A stretch of 64,000 bases of DNA, taken from the NCBI GenBank assembly GCA_026770705.1, contig JANJGN010000028.1, forward strand, positions 15,996,001 through 16,060,000. The letters are read 5' to 3'. Below are positions 50,516-62,469 of this stretch, in pieces. Numbering within the stretch: the stretch's first letter is position 1; every line of letters begins with the position of its first letter. The notes beneath the pieces were generated by a model. It was not told the DNA's origin. It was given only the letters and a program-made list of their open reading frames with translations, and did not search any database. The translations under genes were made by a program, and so were the position numbers. This DNA comes from Isurus oxyrinchus (taxonomy: Eukaryota).

Positions 50516-51191
50516 GGCTGTAATTTAACGCCACCCTCTGAGGCGAGGTTCATGCTGGGGGGCATTTAATTGGGCAGGAGGGTGGCAGGTGGGGACACCT
50601 CCATTTTCCTACCTCTGCCCCTGATTAAGCCCAGGGTGGGAAGGCTCATGGGTGACCTTCCTGTCCTGCCGCCAGTTGAGGCCCTTAAATGGGCAATTAA
50701 TTGCTGCTTGAGGGCCTCGCCTTGCCACCACTGGGATTCACCCAGTGGTGGACTTGGAACTTGCCGGGGGGCGTAAGCCCAAAAGGTAAACCGTGTCGGG
50801 GTTGCTTGTGGGGCTCCAGGGGGGATTTCTTGTTTATCGGCACTCGGTGCCTGATTGAGGGACCTGGTTGACAGATTGCCCCGTGATGGCACCTCCTCCC
50901 CACCTTGCCTTGTTGCTGATACCCCTCCCCCCCCCTCTCTCTTAAAGCCCTCCCACCTCTCACTTGTGGCTTGGATCCCTCGGTGACCCTGGTCCTCGGG
51001 TCAGTGCGTCACTGGCAACTGCTGAGCAATGAAGAGCCGCCGACCCCTCATCTCCTTGTTCCCGGGGAAGGCCAAGTTGCTGCCCAGTTAAGGGCCTGAT
51101 TGATGGCGGCCTCCCTGAAAAGAGGCGACGAGGAGCATTTGCCTTCTCTCCAGGCAGGTGAGACCACTGTCGCCTGCATAAAACTCCGCCC
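50516..51191. mobile_element. GC-rich TIR-type element (same broad family as 5051-5663 and ~48860-49620)
   Basis: Ends ggctgtaatttaa... / ...taaaactccgccc. Internal gttgaggcccttaaatgggcaattaa is shared with 5210-5240 and 26370-26610. Confidence 0.6.
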
Positions 51192-51419
51192 ATAGAACCT
51201 ACAGCACATAAACAAGCTGTTATAAATATATGATAGTCACCAATCAAATCCATTAGAAAATACAAAATGTGATTTACCCAAAGTGTGGTTAGAATGTGGA
51301 ATTTGCTACCAAATGGCGTATTTGAGGCAAATAACATTGATGCTGTTATGGGGAAGTCAGATAATTACATGAGGGAGAAAGGAATTGGAGCATATGCTGG
51401 TAGAGTTAGATACTAGTCT

Positions 51420-52310
51420 GACTTTCAATGATGACTAAAGCTTAGAATGGGATGTCTAGTTTGTTATCAATCACTGACCTTCTGAGGAGTGAGGTGCTTC
51501 TTGCAGCAGATCTTATTGGCGGGTTGATGTGGTGTGTTTCATGGTCTGGGTGTCATGGCCGTGATCACACTTTGGGTCATCCTTCAACTTCCACTGATGG
51601 AGCGGTTGTCTGCATTGTCCATGTCCTGTGTGGATTTGGTTGAGTTGCGGCCTAGTGTCCTTGGGGGAAGGTCGTAGTCCATCTGGATGGGGGTTGGATA
51701 CTTTGCTGCTGTTTCCCAGAATGGGTTAGGTGAAGAAGGGTAGGAGGAGGCCTGTGTGGAGCAGTGACTGCATTCTCGGACCAGTTGGTCTGACTGGGCC
51801 TGTCTCGATGCTGTGGACAGTTGGGTCACTAGACTGTACGAGTGGGGGATTGATACAGCAGATGAAATGCAGTCAAAACAGCAGATTGGCAAGAAGGGAT
51901 TGGAACTGGGATCTCATGAGACCTCAGGGATGGCAGCCACAGGCAAAATATGGACAAGCGGTGGTGGCCTGATCAGTGAGGATGAGAGTTCCAGCACTGC
52001 GTGACACATCCACAACGCCCATGACACAACAACTGACAATATCACAGTGATGTAGTTGTTCCCTGTTGACTTCAATAGAAATTGGAAAGCGTCCAGAATG
52101 GCACTTGAGGTAGATGTTCCTCTGAGATTGGGTCTTGCCGCTATCATCCAGCAAGAAGGCAGTGAAATTATTGATGATCAACAGTGGCTGTGCGTTAAAA
52201 GGCAATTGCTCTACTCCTTGCTTCAATCAATAGGAGCTGAGTTATGTGAGACAGATTGCTGGCACTGTGTGATAAGGGGTGTATCAGGCAGCACAAGTAA
52301 TTACTGAAGC
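51420..52310 (-). mobile_element. possible degenerate LINE 5'/endonuclease-region fragment
   Basis: Coding-like composition on the minus strand (ttcatctgctgtatcaatccccc). There is no intact frame and the family is unclear. Confidence 0.35.
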
Positions 52311-54088
52311 TGTCAGGATAGACTTATTATCATTTATTAAAATCAAATTGATGAACAATCTTCATTTGTTGAAGTGCGAAATAGGATAGCACACCGATAA
52401 AGATAACTAAATGCCAGTGGTAGGCAGCATGGTGTAATTGGTTTTACCAGCCAGGAAAGTTGCTGTTGAATTTGTGGGCCATCTATCTACATTGTGGCAT
52501 GCACTTCAGCACAGATCTCAACTCCCTCCACCTGCCTGTAAATTTCAGTCCTTTATCCGCACTTCGTTTGAGATTGGTGAATTTTAAAATGTTGCCTAAA
52601 CCTGTAATGGCTCATCCTAAATGTTTGGCTTTCAAATTAGAGCATTCAGAGGAAGGAGTTTAAATTGTTTTGTCCATGACAGGGATTAAAACCTAATTGT
52701 ACTTTGCTCTGTGCCTATGTGCTGCTGACTCATTACAGGAGACAATAGCAGACAAAAAGAAAAGAGAGACTTGCATTTATATAGTCCTTTCCACAACCAT
52801 CGGACTTCTCAAAGTGCTTTACAGCCAATTCTTTAACTTTGAGGTGTAAATTATTGTAATGTAATGTATTTGCTGTAAATTCCCTCAAGCAATAACATAA
52901 TGAGCACTAGATAATCTGGATTTTTTTGCCCAAATCTCTAGATTGAGATTTCTGACTAAGGAGGCACTGTCATGGAGCCATAGCTGCTTTTGGGGGTGTA
53001 GTTGTTCAGAAATCCAGTACAAATCATATCATTTTCTAGAATTTTTTCCCCCAGTTCATTGAATGCGGGCATTCCTGGCCCATTCCTCAGAGGGCAGTTA
53101 AGAGTCAACGACGTTGTTGTGAGTCTGGAGTCATGTATAGGACAGCAGACTGCATTCCATAAAGGACAGTGGTGAAAGAGGTGGGTTTTTACAACAATTG
53201 ACATCATCAGACTTTTAATTCCAGATTTTTATTGAATTCAAATTTCACCAAATGCCGTGGCGGGATTCGAACCACGGGTCCCCAGAGCATTACCCTGGGT
53301 CTCTGGAAAACTAGTCCAGTGACAATACCCTTGTGTGCAGTCCAGAACAGAAAATAAAAGTAAAGGTAATTTGATATATATTTAGTTGAAGGTTTAACTA
53401 CATACCAGAAAAATATAAGTGCTCATTACAATTTGACTCGCTTAATTTATATTTATGGAAATTATAAGACGTAATAAACTAATCTGTAGCTTATACATGA
53501 TTCTTAAAAAATAACAATATTGGGTTGGTTGAGCATTCAGGACATGGGGCAAGTAAACTGAAATGTTCATGATTCTGGCCATGTGTCCCATTTTCTTGGT
53601 TGAGTTTGGTTTGAAGTCTAATTGGTGAGAATTATATTCATCAGTTCTTGTTAAATCTCTTAATAAAAATATCCACTTCATGCTAGATATCTTGTCAGTG
53701 CATCATGAGCTTGCTGCAGTTTATGAAATGCTCTCGTTCTGTAGCTGAAATGAAGATTCAGCCCCAGGCTTTTAGGAGGGGCTCACTCAATCAGCAGAAA
53801 CTTCATGCAACCAATTTGGAGTTGTTGAACATGGCGGTAGCCAATTAAGGCACTTGGCACAATAATTAAGTTTTAGAACCAATTCAAAGGGCAGAGTTCA
53901 AACTGAGACTGCTGAATAAAACAGCCTGAGCCGATTCCTTTAGTTTCATGCTTTTACGCAGTGAGATTACTTTCACAGTTCTGAACAAAGTGCCAAAGAT
54001 GAACTGGGATGATGCAGTGAGTTACTGACTGTCTGATAACCTCTAGAACCTGGCTGTTCAATCCATCCCAGGGTGTTGGATTAAGCAT

Positions 54089-54256
54089 AGAAAGTGCTGG
54101 AAAAACCGCGCAGCTCTTCCGAAGAAGAGTCACGTTTGACTCGAAATGGTAACTCTGTTTCTCGTTCCACAGATGCTGCCAGACCTGCTGAGTTTTTCCA
54201 GCACTTTCTGTTTTGTTTTGGATCTCGAGCATCCACAGTACTGTGCTTATACTTTA
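54089..54256 (+). mobile_element. Neptune-type PLE terminal fold-back fragment
   Basis: A short antisense arm (agaaagtgctggaaaaa) is followed by the sense terminus ccgaagaagagtcacgtttgactcgaaa...gagtttttccagcactttctg and the tail. Degenerate TSD gtgttggattaagcat / gcgttggataaaacat. Confidence 0.75.
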
Positions 54257-54394
54257 GCGTTGGATAAAACATGTTCTTTTGCTGATGGTTATAGGATCCT
54301 ACATGAAATTGATTTTAGCAAACCCTTAAATCAGATCCTGGGGTATAACAAGATTTGTCTGGAATGTGTCGGCTGTGGTTTGGTGCATTGCACT

Positions 54395-54920
54395 CTAGCC
54401 TCTGCGTCAAAAGGTTGTGGTTCAATCTCCACTTCAGAGAGTTGGAACGGGATTTTCAGGCCCCTTCCACTGCCGGGAGCTTCCAGTCCCCTGAAAGTCA
54501 ATGGACTTTTGGCTGGGCCGCCGATTCCCCCACAGCAGGCCCCTTCATGACAAGGCTGGAAATTCCCAGCCTTGTGCACATAATCTCGGTTGATGCTCCA
54601 GTGCAGTGTTGAGGGAGCACTGCCATGAGGTGCCAGCTATCTGTTAGATGAAACTGAGGCCCTCTCAAATAGATGTCAAAGATCCTGCGGCACTGTTTGA
54701 AGAAGAGCAGGGGGGTTCTCCCTGGTGTTATCATCACCTAAAACGGATTGTCTAGTCATTATCACATTGCTGTTTGTGGAACCTTGCTGTGCACAAGCTG
54801 GGTGCTGGGTTTTCTACATTACAACAGTGACTACACTCAAAAGGAATTACCTCATTGGCTGTAAAGAACTTTGGGACATCCTGAGGTTGTGAAAGACGCT
54901 ATATAAATTAAAGTCTTCCT
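54395..54920 (+). repeat. DeuSINE interrupted by a MITE
   Basis: aaagatcctgcggcactgtttgaagaagagcagggg...ttgctgtttgtggaaccttgctgtgc...gaaagacgctatataaat. Confidence 0.82.
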
Positions 54921-56852
54921 TTATTTTTCCTATAGTTGGCACTAGGTTGTCAGCCTTGCCTGGACAAGCCGAGAACGCAAGAACATGAGAAACAGTTGAT
55001 CTGAAAAACCAAAGTGCCATATTGGTATGGGTGAAGGGACTTCCTCCTAAGCTTTGGGTGAACAGACGTTGCTGGGTCAGAGGAGACCTTTGCACTTGAC
55101 CTGGATAAGTACTTGAACAAATTTCTTGATGGCACTGGTTACATGGAAAAAATAACATCTCAGCATTGACACCTTCACCTCGACCAGCAGTAAATTCACA
55201 GATAGCAAAAGCAGGAAAAGGTCCACCCCACCCTTTCCATTTACTCTGGTCTCGTGCCCAACTGCATACAGGGTCAGGACACCCTACCAGCTGTTTACAT
55301 CTGTCAAGCCTGGATTGGGTCCTATTGAAACTGTTCCAAAATAAACATTAAGGCTGACTATCATTGGAAAGCTCTGAAAAGTTTCTGTCTTGCAAGTTTG
55401 ATGATTGCAAGGTGGTGGACTCCCTTTTGAAGAGTCAGCAGTTTTTTGTTTCCTTAAGAATAGCGGATGCTATCTGTGTGGATAATTGCAATGGCTACAC
55501 ATACAACTATCAGCCTGTTGTCCCTTTAAATAAACAAGTAGAGCTTTTGATATGTCACAATGGATAACGTCTCTACTCCCCTTTAGTCTAAATGTATTAA
55601 GGGATGTGTGATGGGGAAGACTTCAGAAATTCAGTGACTTTTTATCATCCTTCAGGTTATCTTTGGCAATGCTCCCATGAGTTGGGATGATGCATTGCTT
55701 CATGATGAAAGGAATGTTGTGGCAACTGTGCAGGCCTACTGATCCCTCTTATCAGCTTCCTGGCTCTTGACTTGCATACTCTTCACCTCTCTTGATTCCG
55801 TTCCACTTTTGAGGTATTATATTACTTTGAGCTGTTCGCTAAATTGTGGCAGCTGAATGCGAAGGCCAAAGTGTGACAGGACCTGAGTGTGCCACTCCTG
55901 TGATGTGTGTGCTTTATACAACAATTTGTAAAGTAGATCTCCCGAGGTGTTGCTCTTGGTGGGTCAAAGATCATGCAGCTCTATGACGAGAACATCTCAA
56001 CAAATAAGATGAAATAAGTACAGGAAGGGCATACCATTGAGGGTGTGCCGCACTGTCAGAGGTGCTGTCTGTTGGATGCAAAGGATGCCCACTTGGGTGG
56101 ATACCAAAGGCCCTATGGCATCATTCAAAGAAGAACAAGGGAGTTCTCCCCGGCGGCCTGGTCAAAATTGAACCTAAAACAGATGATCTGATCATTATTA
56201 CCTTGCTGTTTGTGGACCTTGTGTGCAAGTTGGGTGCTATGTTTTCGACATTACAAGAGTGACCATACTTCAAAGTAAGTAAGTACTTTATTGGCTGGCC
56301 ATATACTTTAAAGACATTATAGAGGGAGAAAGAAACAGGAGATCTCTGCATATTGTCAGTCTGGTTTTTGTGAGACTTACTGGTAAGTCTGAGCCCCAAA
56401 GCAACCTTGAACAATGTAGCCTTTCTGTTAGCATTTTAGCCAAAGGCTAACTTGGAGTATAAAATTTCATGTCACCAACTACTGGGGTAGAATTTTATGG
56501 CCCCCATCGCGGTAGGGGGCAGGCCCATAAAATGCAGCAAGCGATTCAAAAGCCCGTCAACTTCAGCAAGACCGGTGGGGCATTAAATGTAGATCTTAAC
56601 AAATGCATATCTCAACCATGTGGACTTTTCGGTTCATCCCAGACTGCATGTAGATATGTAGTGGATCAAAAATTGAAAACTTTCCTTAGAAAAGAAAAAA
56701 CTCAATATAATTCTCTGACCTTAAAAGGCACCTTGATGAGATTGCCTTTTCTGAGGGAAATTCCTTGTTGCTCTCGCTATGTTTAAGGTTACCTAGCATC
56801 CTACCTCCTTGCTGATGTCAGATTCATGATGTCAGTGAATGTTAATTGTATA

Positions 56853-56987
56853 ACAAAAACAGAATTAACTGGAAAAACTCAGCAGGTCTGGCAACATCGG
56901 CGGAGAAGAAAAGAGTTGACGTTTCGAGTCCTCGTGACCCTTCAGCAGGATTTCCAGAATCTGCAGTTTTTTGTTTTTATCTCAATA
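56853..56987. mobile_element. Neptune-type PLE terminal fragment (antisense arm + sense tail)
   Basis: Near-identical to 21770-21865, followed by the tail gatttccagaatctgcagttttttgtttttat. Perfect TSD ttaattgtata at 56842-56852 and 56988-56998. Confidence 0.85.
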
Positions 56988-58275
56988 TTAATTGTATACT
57001 GTTTAATTGTGTGCAGGTGGTGAGTATTAATTTGGGTTGCACTTGAACATATATAAAGACATATTTATTAAAAATGTGTGCGGTTGAGTTAGGAGGTGTA
57101 AGCTTGTAATGGTTAACTTGGTAAATAAATGTGGGACTGAGTAAAGATTGGCTCCAGTACTATCCTTCACCAACTGGCTTTTTATAAAGTAGTATTGAAC
57201 TGGCCATTAATAGATGTGTAAGTTATCTAAACATACTGTGCATATATATATAAAAACTGTGTTTTGTGTACAAGTTCATATTAGAACTACAGTGTGTTGA
57301 AGCCTCACTGTAATGTGTACTGTGGACAAATGTGTGCTATGTTGTAAAGCATGAGTTGCATCATTGAAAGGACCACACTGAGCTAATGGACAAAATGATC
57401 AGAAAACACAGTTTCCTCTGCAGAGGATGTATAGGTGGATGACGAAAGATTTAATTGACTGGGAATGACATGAGAACGAAATTCTCCTAGTCGTTCAGAT
57501 CCATTTTAGATCCAACAATGCTGTCTATGCTGAAGCTAATTGAAGAGGTGAGCAGCATGTCAATAAGGTGATCTCTTTGTTGAATTCCCAGTACATACTG
57601 GCTTGGTTCTATTCACCACCAAGGCAGGCTTGGGATGTCAAAAGTGTTCTACTTGGAGAATGAAGCATTAGAAATCATTACCACTTGGTCTGAATAATAC
57701 TGCTAATTTAAGAATGATAGTAAGGCTGTATTTTCTTTAAAAATCAAAACCTATTCATCACAGAGAGCGAGTGCAAATTGCTTTATAATGCACCCAGGAC
57801 ATCCTTTTACCTTTTGAAACAATGACAGGGCAAGCTTGTCCACAGGGCACACGTAGCCAGGGTGAGGAGAGACAGGTGATACTGCTTTAGCAGTGTATTT
57901 GAGCACAATTGCATTTGAGAATGCCCGAGAAGTAATAGCATGCCTGGATTCCAATTACATAGTCATTAATCTAGAGAGCAAGCGCCGTCTTTCACTTCTC
58001 GATCCTTCCTCCCTTCACTGTTTCTTGCTTTGAGTTTCCGAAACACTCTGTTTTAGAAGTTCACCTGCCTCAATCATATCGTCATCTGTATCAATCTTTT
58101 CCCCTCACCTGATAGAAACCCTTTTTATTTGCTATAGCCTTCTAAAGTAGCATAACGTAAATTCTCTTATGTACACTGATGACATCAGCTCTACCGCACT
58201 AACATCGCTCTGACCTCTCCACTCCCCCTGTGTTGTCAGGCATCTTGAAGGAGCAGAAATTTCCGACAGTTAAAT

Positions 58276-58804
58276 TTTTTTTTTTGAAAAATATACTTTA
58301 TTCATAAAATATCTGGGAAAACATTACAGAACATTTCAAAATCACCATCACAAAAGTACAATCAGATTCAACTTTTACACATGGATCCCGAGGTGCATCA
58401 ATACAATCAATGAATATTACAGTCATTTCAATACGGTCAGTGCAGACAATCAGACAATGGTATTGGACTCAATACAAAACCAGAATTACCTGGAAAAACT
58501 CAGCAGGTCTGGCAGCATCGGCGGAGAAGAAAAGAGTTGACGTTTCGAGTCCTCATGACCCTTCGACAGAACTGTCGAAGGGTCATGAGGACTCGAAACG
58601 TCAACTCTTTTCTTCTCCGCCGATGCTGCCAGACCTGCTGAGTTTTTCCAGGTAATTCTGTTTTTATTTTGGATTTCCAGCATCCGCAGTTTTTTTGTTT
58701 TTATCCAAAGGTACTGGACTTATCAACATACATCATGTTGCACTCTGAGGTGCTTCAGTACAATTATAACACAATTAGTATTTAATGCATTTAATTCAAT
58801 TCAT
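58276..58804 (-). mobile_element. polyadenylated retroposon 3' end (L1/Tx1-like), containing the PLE hairpin
   Basis: The minus strand ends gAATAAAgtatatttttc followed by poly(A). TSD ttaaat at 58270-58275 / 58805-58810, splitting an L2 RT fragment. Confidence 0.65.
58474..58705. mobile_element. Neptune-type PLE hairpin mini-element (perfect 89-bp palindrome + tail)
   Basis: 58481-58569 is the exact reverse complement of 58572-58660, followed by the ~45-nt tail. TSD caatggtattggact / caaaggtactggact at 58455-58469 / 58706-58720. Confidence 0.88.
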
Positions 58805-61800
58805 TTAAATGTCGGGAAGACCAAAGCCATTAGCTTTGGCCCTCGCTACAAACGCTATTCCTCACCCACCGTTTCCATTCCTGTCCCTCACCCCTGTCTC
58901 AGGCTGAATCACATTATTCAAAATCTCGCTGCCCTATTTGGCCTCAAGCTGAGTTTCTGCTCCAATATCCTGTCCAGCACTAAGCCGTAATATAGCTGGT
59001 CTTTGCTTCAGCCCATGTGCAGCTGAGACTCTCATCCATGCTTTGGGAACCTGCTTGACTTGACTATTCCAACGTTCCCTGGGTTGGTCTTCCACCTTTC
59101 CACCTCAAATTCATCCAAAATTCTGCTGCCCATATCTTAACTCGCCCCAGGCCCTGCTCACTTGTCACCCTTGTACTTGCTGACCTACAATGGTTCTCGG
59201 TTCATTAACATCACAAATTTAAAATTCTCACCCTTTGTGTTCAGATCACTCCATGGCCACCGTCACCCATTTGAGACGGAGATGGGAAGGAATTCCTGCT
59301 CTGAGTGTCATGAATCTTTGGAATTTTCTATGTCAGAGGGCTGTGGAGACTGGGCCAATGAATTTATTCAAAGTGGATGTAGATTCTTGAACAAGCAGGC
59401 CGTTGAACGTTAGGGGAACAGGTGAGAAAGTGGAATTGAGACCCAAGCCATGATCTTATTGACTGACCGAGCAGACCTGAGGGACTGTATGGCCTACTCC
59501 TGCTCCAGGTTCTTATGCCCTGGACTGTGGTTCAATGTGTGCGATGTAAAGTGGGAGCTGCATAATTAAATGGGCCACACCGAGCTAATGGATGAAAGGA
59601 TCAAAAGAACGCAATTTCCTCTGCAGAGGATGTATAGGTGGATGATGAAAGATTTAATTGACTGGGAATGACACAAGAACAAATTTCTCCTAGTCTTTCA
59701 GATCCATTTTTGATGCAACAGTGCTGACTAGGTTGATTCTTTAGTCTGTGTTCTCATCCAATAGGACTGCACAGTAAACTGAATCTAGTATGTTCAAAAA
59801 GATGGCTCAATCCTCTCATATGTTCCACTTCCTGGGGCTTAAACACTGGAATTCCCTCCCTACACCTCTCTGCCTCTCTGGTTTCCCTCATAAAGAAACT
59901 CCTTAAAACCTACCTCTTTGACCGAGCTTTTGTTCGCCTGACCTATTGCCACCCCCTGTGAATTGGTGCCATATTTCGTGTTCTGATGCTCCTACAATGT
60001 GCCTTGGGGGTGTTTTATTACATTAAGGATGCTATATAAATCTAAGCAGTTGTTGTTGTTTCTCACTGATGCTGAGGGCATTAACATGGCCCCTCCAATT
60101 CAATACCACCCCCCCCGCCCCCAGCCTCTCAAACCCAGTCTGCAACCCATTGGGGCCTGCCAGCCAGGCCCTGCCCATATGCTGGACTTACCTTCAGTTC
60201 GGCCTCCCTTTGGTGACTGGCTGTAGTCCGAGCAGTGACCACCTTTTGAACCTGGTGCCGCTTGGACTACAGAGCTGCTCTAAAACCTTACAGAGCTCAC
60301 GGTGACTCTCTTTGAGATCCAGATGTGACAATATAAAGTTGGGACCCCAAATTTGCAGCATCGGTTTGCTGCTATTTTTCTACACCGAAAAGATCCGAGA
60401 GTGGGGAAGAGCTTACTAGCAGAGGCTACTGAATCCTGCATCTGAGTAAACCTGGACTATGATCAGGCTATTGGTAAATGGAACTCACTTGTGAAACCAA
60501 AGCTTGGATTACACAATTGTCCCTTTCTCTCAGTAAATTGTTGCTGGCCGCTTGAACATATGACTGATTGCAAGATCTTGTTACCCATTCCCTTTTGGAG
60601 ACGCTGTTGAGTGCTAACAACGGGCCTGACCGTGATGTGGCACTGATGCCAGGCGCTGTTGTTGCCTGTGCTCAGGCTGCTGGTTTCTAATGGCTGTGTG
60701 GGATTTGAATGTCTCAACTCAGTGATTACACCTGATTGCAAATGTATGCCTTTTCCTCTTGTTGTTGCAAAGGGTGTGCTCTTGGTGTCACAAGCAAACA
60801 ACAGAAAATGGTCTCTATTGACGTTTGTGACAAAAGTTAAATATATTTACTGGATAGGTCTCTGCCTGGTCCTAAAGACTTGGAGTCTTCATACAAGCAT
60901 AAAGCTCAGTTGCTGCTCTGTTTGTATTGCTGCTTGAACAGAATAACCCAGAATTGACTAGAGAGGGGTATCTCACGGTGTGCCCGCTTGGTTAGCCTTC
61001 CCCCACCTTTTAGCTTAGTTTTCTTTTGCTCTGCAACTTGCTGGAAGTGTGATCTGGTAACGGTGCAGCACAGACAAGGGGGCCTTCTGAGATTTTAGTG
61101 AACAATTGGACAGATGGACCGTCTCCTGAATCAAGACTGAAGGATCGAGAAAGGAAGTGAGAAATGACAGAGGTGACGATTGAGCAAACTAGAGTCAAAC
61201 CAGGCACAGAAAGTAATAGAAAGATTGCATTATCAAAGGGGAAAAAAGAGAGACAGAAAGGAATAATAAGCAGAAATATTTAAAAGATCTATCAGAACAG
61301 TTTTTTGACATGGAGACAGCGCAGCTTAAATTGTTCCCTTTCTGGGCCAGGGAGTTTGATTGGCATTCCAGAAACATAAGTCCCCTAATTAAAAGAGTAC
61401 TTGCACTGTAACTAGTGAGGTGAGTTTAGTGGGTGATTAATGCCCAAATAGATGAATGGTGAAGTGGCACAAACCATCAAGCCACCAGTGGCAGTTTGTA
61501 ATTCATGGGGTATCTCTCCTTCGCCACAAGTTAATGACTGACTTACACTGGCCAGCGCCATTAGCCATTGGCCTAACTCATGCTGCCAATGTGTCGCTGC
61601 TAGGGAAGGGTGTCAGCTAAGCAGTCGTCTCTTGCTATTGAGTGTCTCTTGTCAATTTGGTGGTTAAATTGTAGAGGAGTGCTGAGCGTTGTTAATTTTG
61701 GTGGCGTAAACTAGGTGAGGATTTTGACTGAACAACTGTAAAAGAAAGGTGATATATCTCCAAGTGGGGACTGGATGTGACATGGAGGAGGAGAACTTGG

Positions 61801-62469
61801 AGGGGGTGATATTCCCCTGTACCAGGATGGTGAGGGGGTCCCTTGTGCCCATCAGAGGCCCCCTCCAAATCAATAACCCCCCCCCAGAGCCTCTTAAACC
61901 CAGGCTCCGACTCGCTGAGGCCTATCAGCTAGGCCCCGCTGATATCCTGGACTTACCTTTAGTTCGGCCTCCCTTTGGAGACCAGCTGTAGTCCCAGCTG
62001 TGACCACCTTTTGAACCTAGTGCTGCTCGGACTACAGAGCTGCCAGCCAATCGGATTGGCCTGCAGTGATTTGAGGCGGGCCTTCCTCCCCAGGTAGGGG
62101 CAGAAGTCTCACCCCAAACCAATTAACAACTTTTCCGTGGGTGAGCTCCTGACTGACTTTTTAGGTGGGGTGGGGGGGGCTGTGGGGGCGGGAACAGGGT
62201 GTCTCTTAAAATCCAGTAGTGGATGTGAAAAAGCTTTCCCTATAACCTTACAGTGCTCACGGTGACTCTTTGAGATCCATATGTGACAATATAAAGTTGG
62301 GACCTAAATGCACGACATCAGTTTGCAGCTAAAAGTGGGTTATCTTTATCCCACTTAAACTTACTTTTGTATCTCAAGAGAGTGGCACTGACCTGGAATC
62401 TCCTGAAACAGTAAGTTTGCTGGAAATATGATAAAATCTCTGTTATTGCACTTTCCTACACTGACTTAT

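Larger units (their letters stand above)
58165..59260 (+). mobile_element. L2-type LINE RT fragment (interrupted)
   Basis: tacactgatgacatcagctcta (YxDD region) ... cagttaaat|gtcgggaagaccaaagccatt (QLNVGKTKAI) ... gagactctcatccatgcttt (ETLIHAF) ... cttgactattccaac (LDYSN) ... atccaaaattctgctgcc (IQNSAA). Confidence 0.78.

Noticed and set aside
57424-57434. Terminal CD276 coding exon (ctctgcag|AG GAT GTA TAG)
   Set aside because: Too short to verify, duplicated at ~59626, and no TM exon was found upstream.
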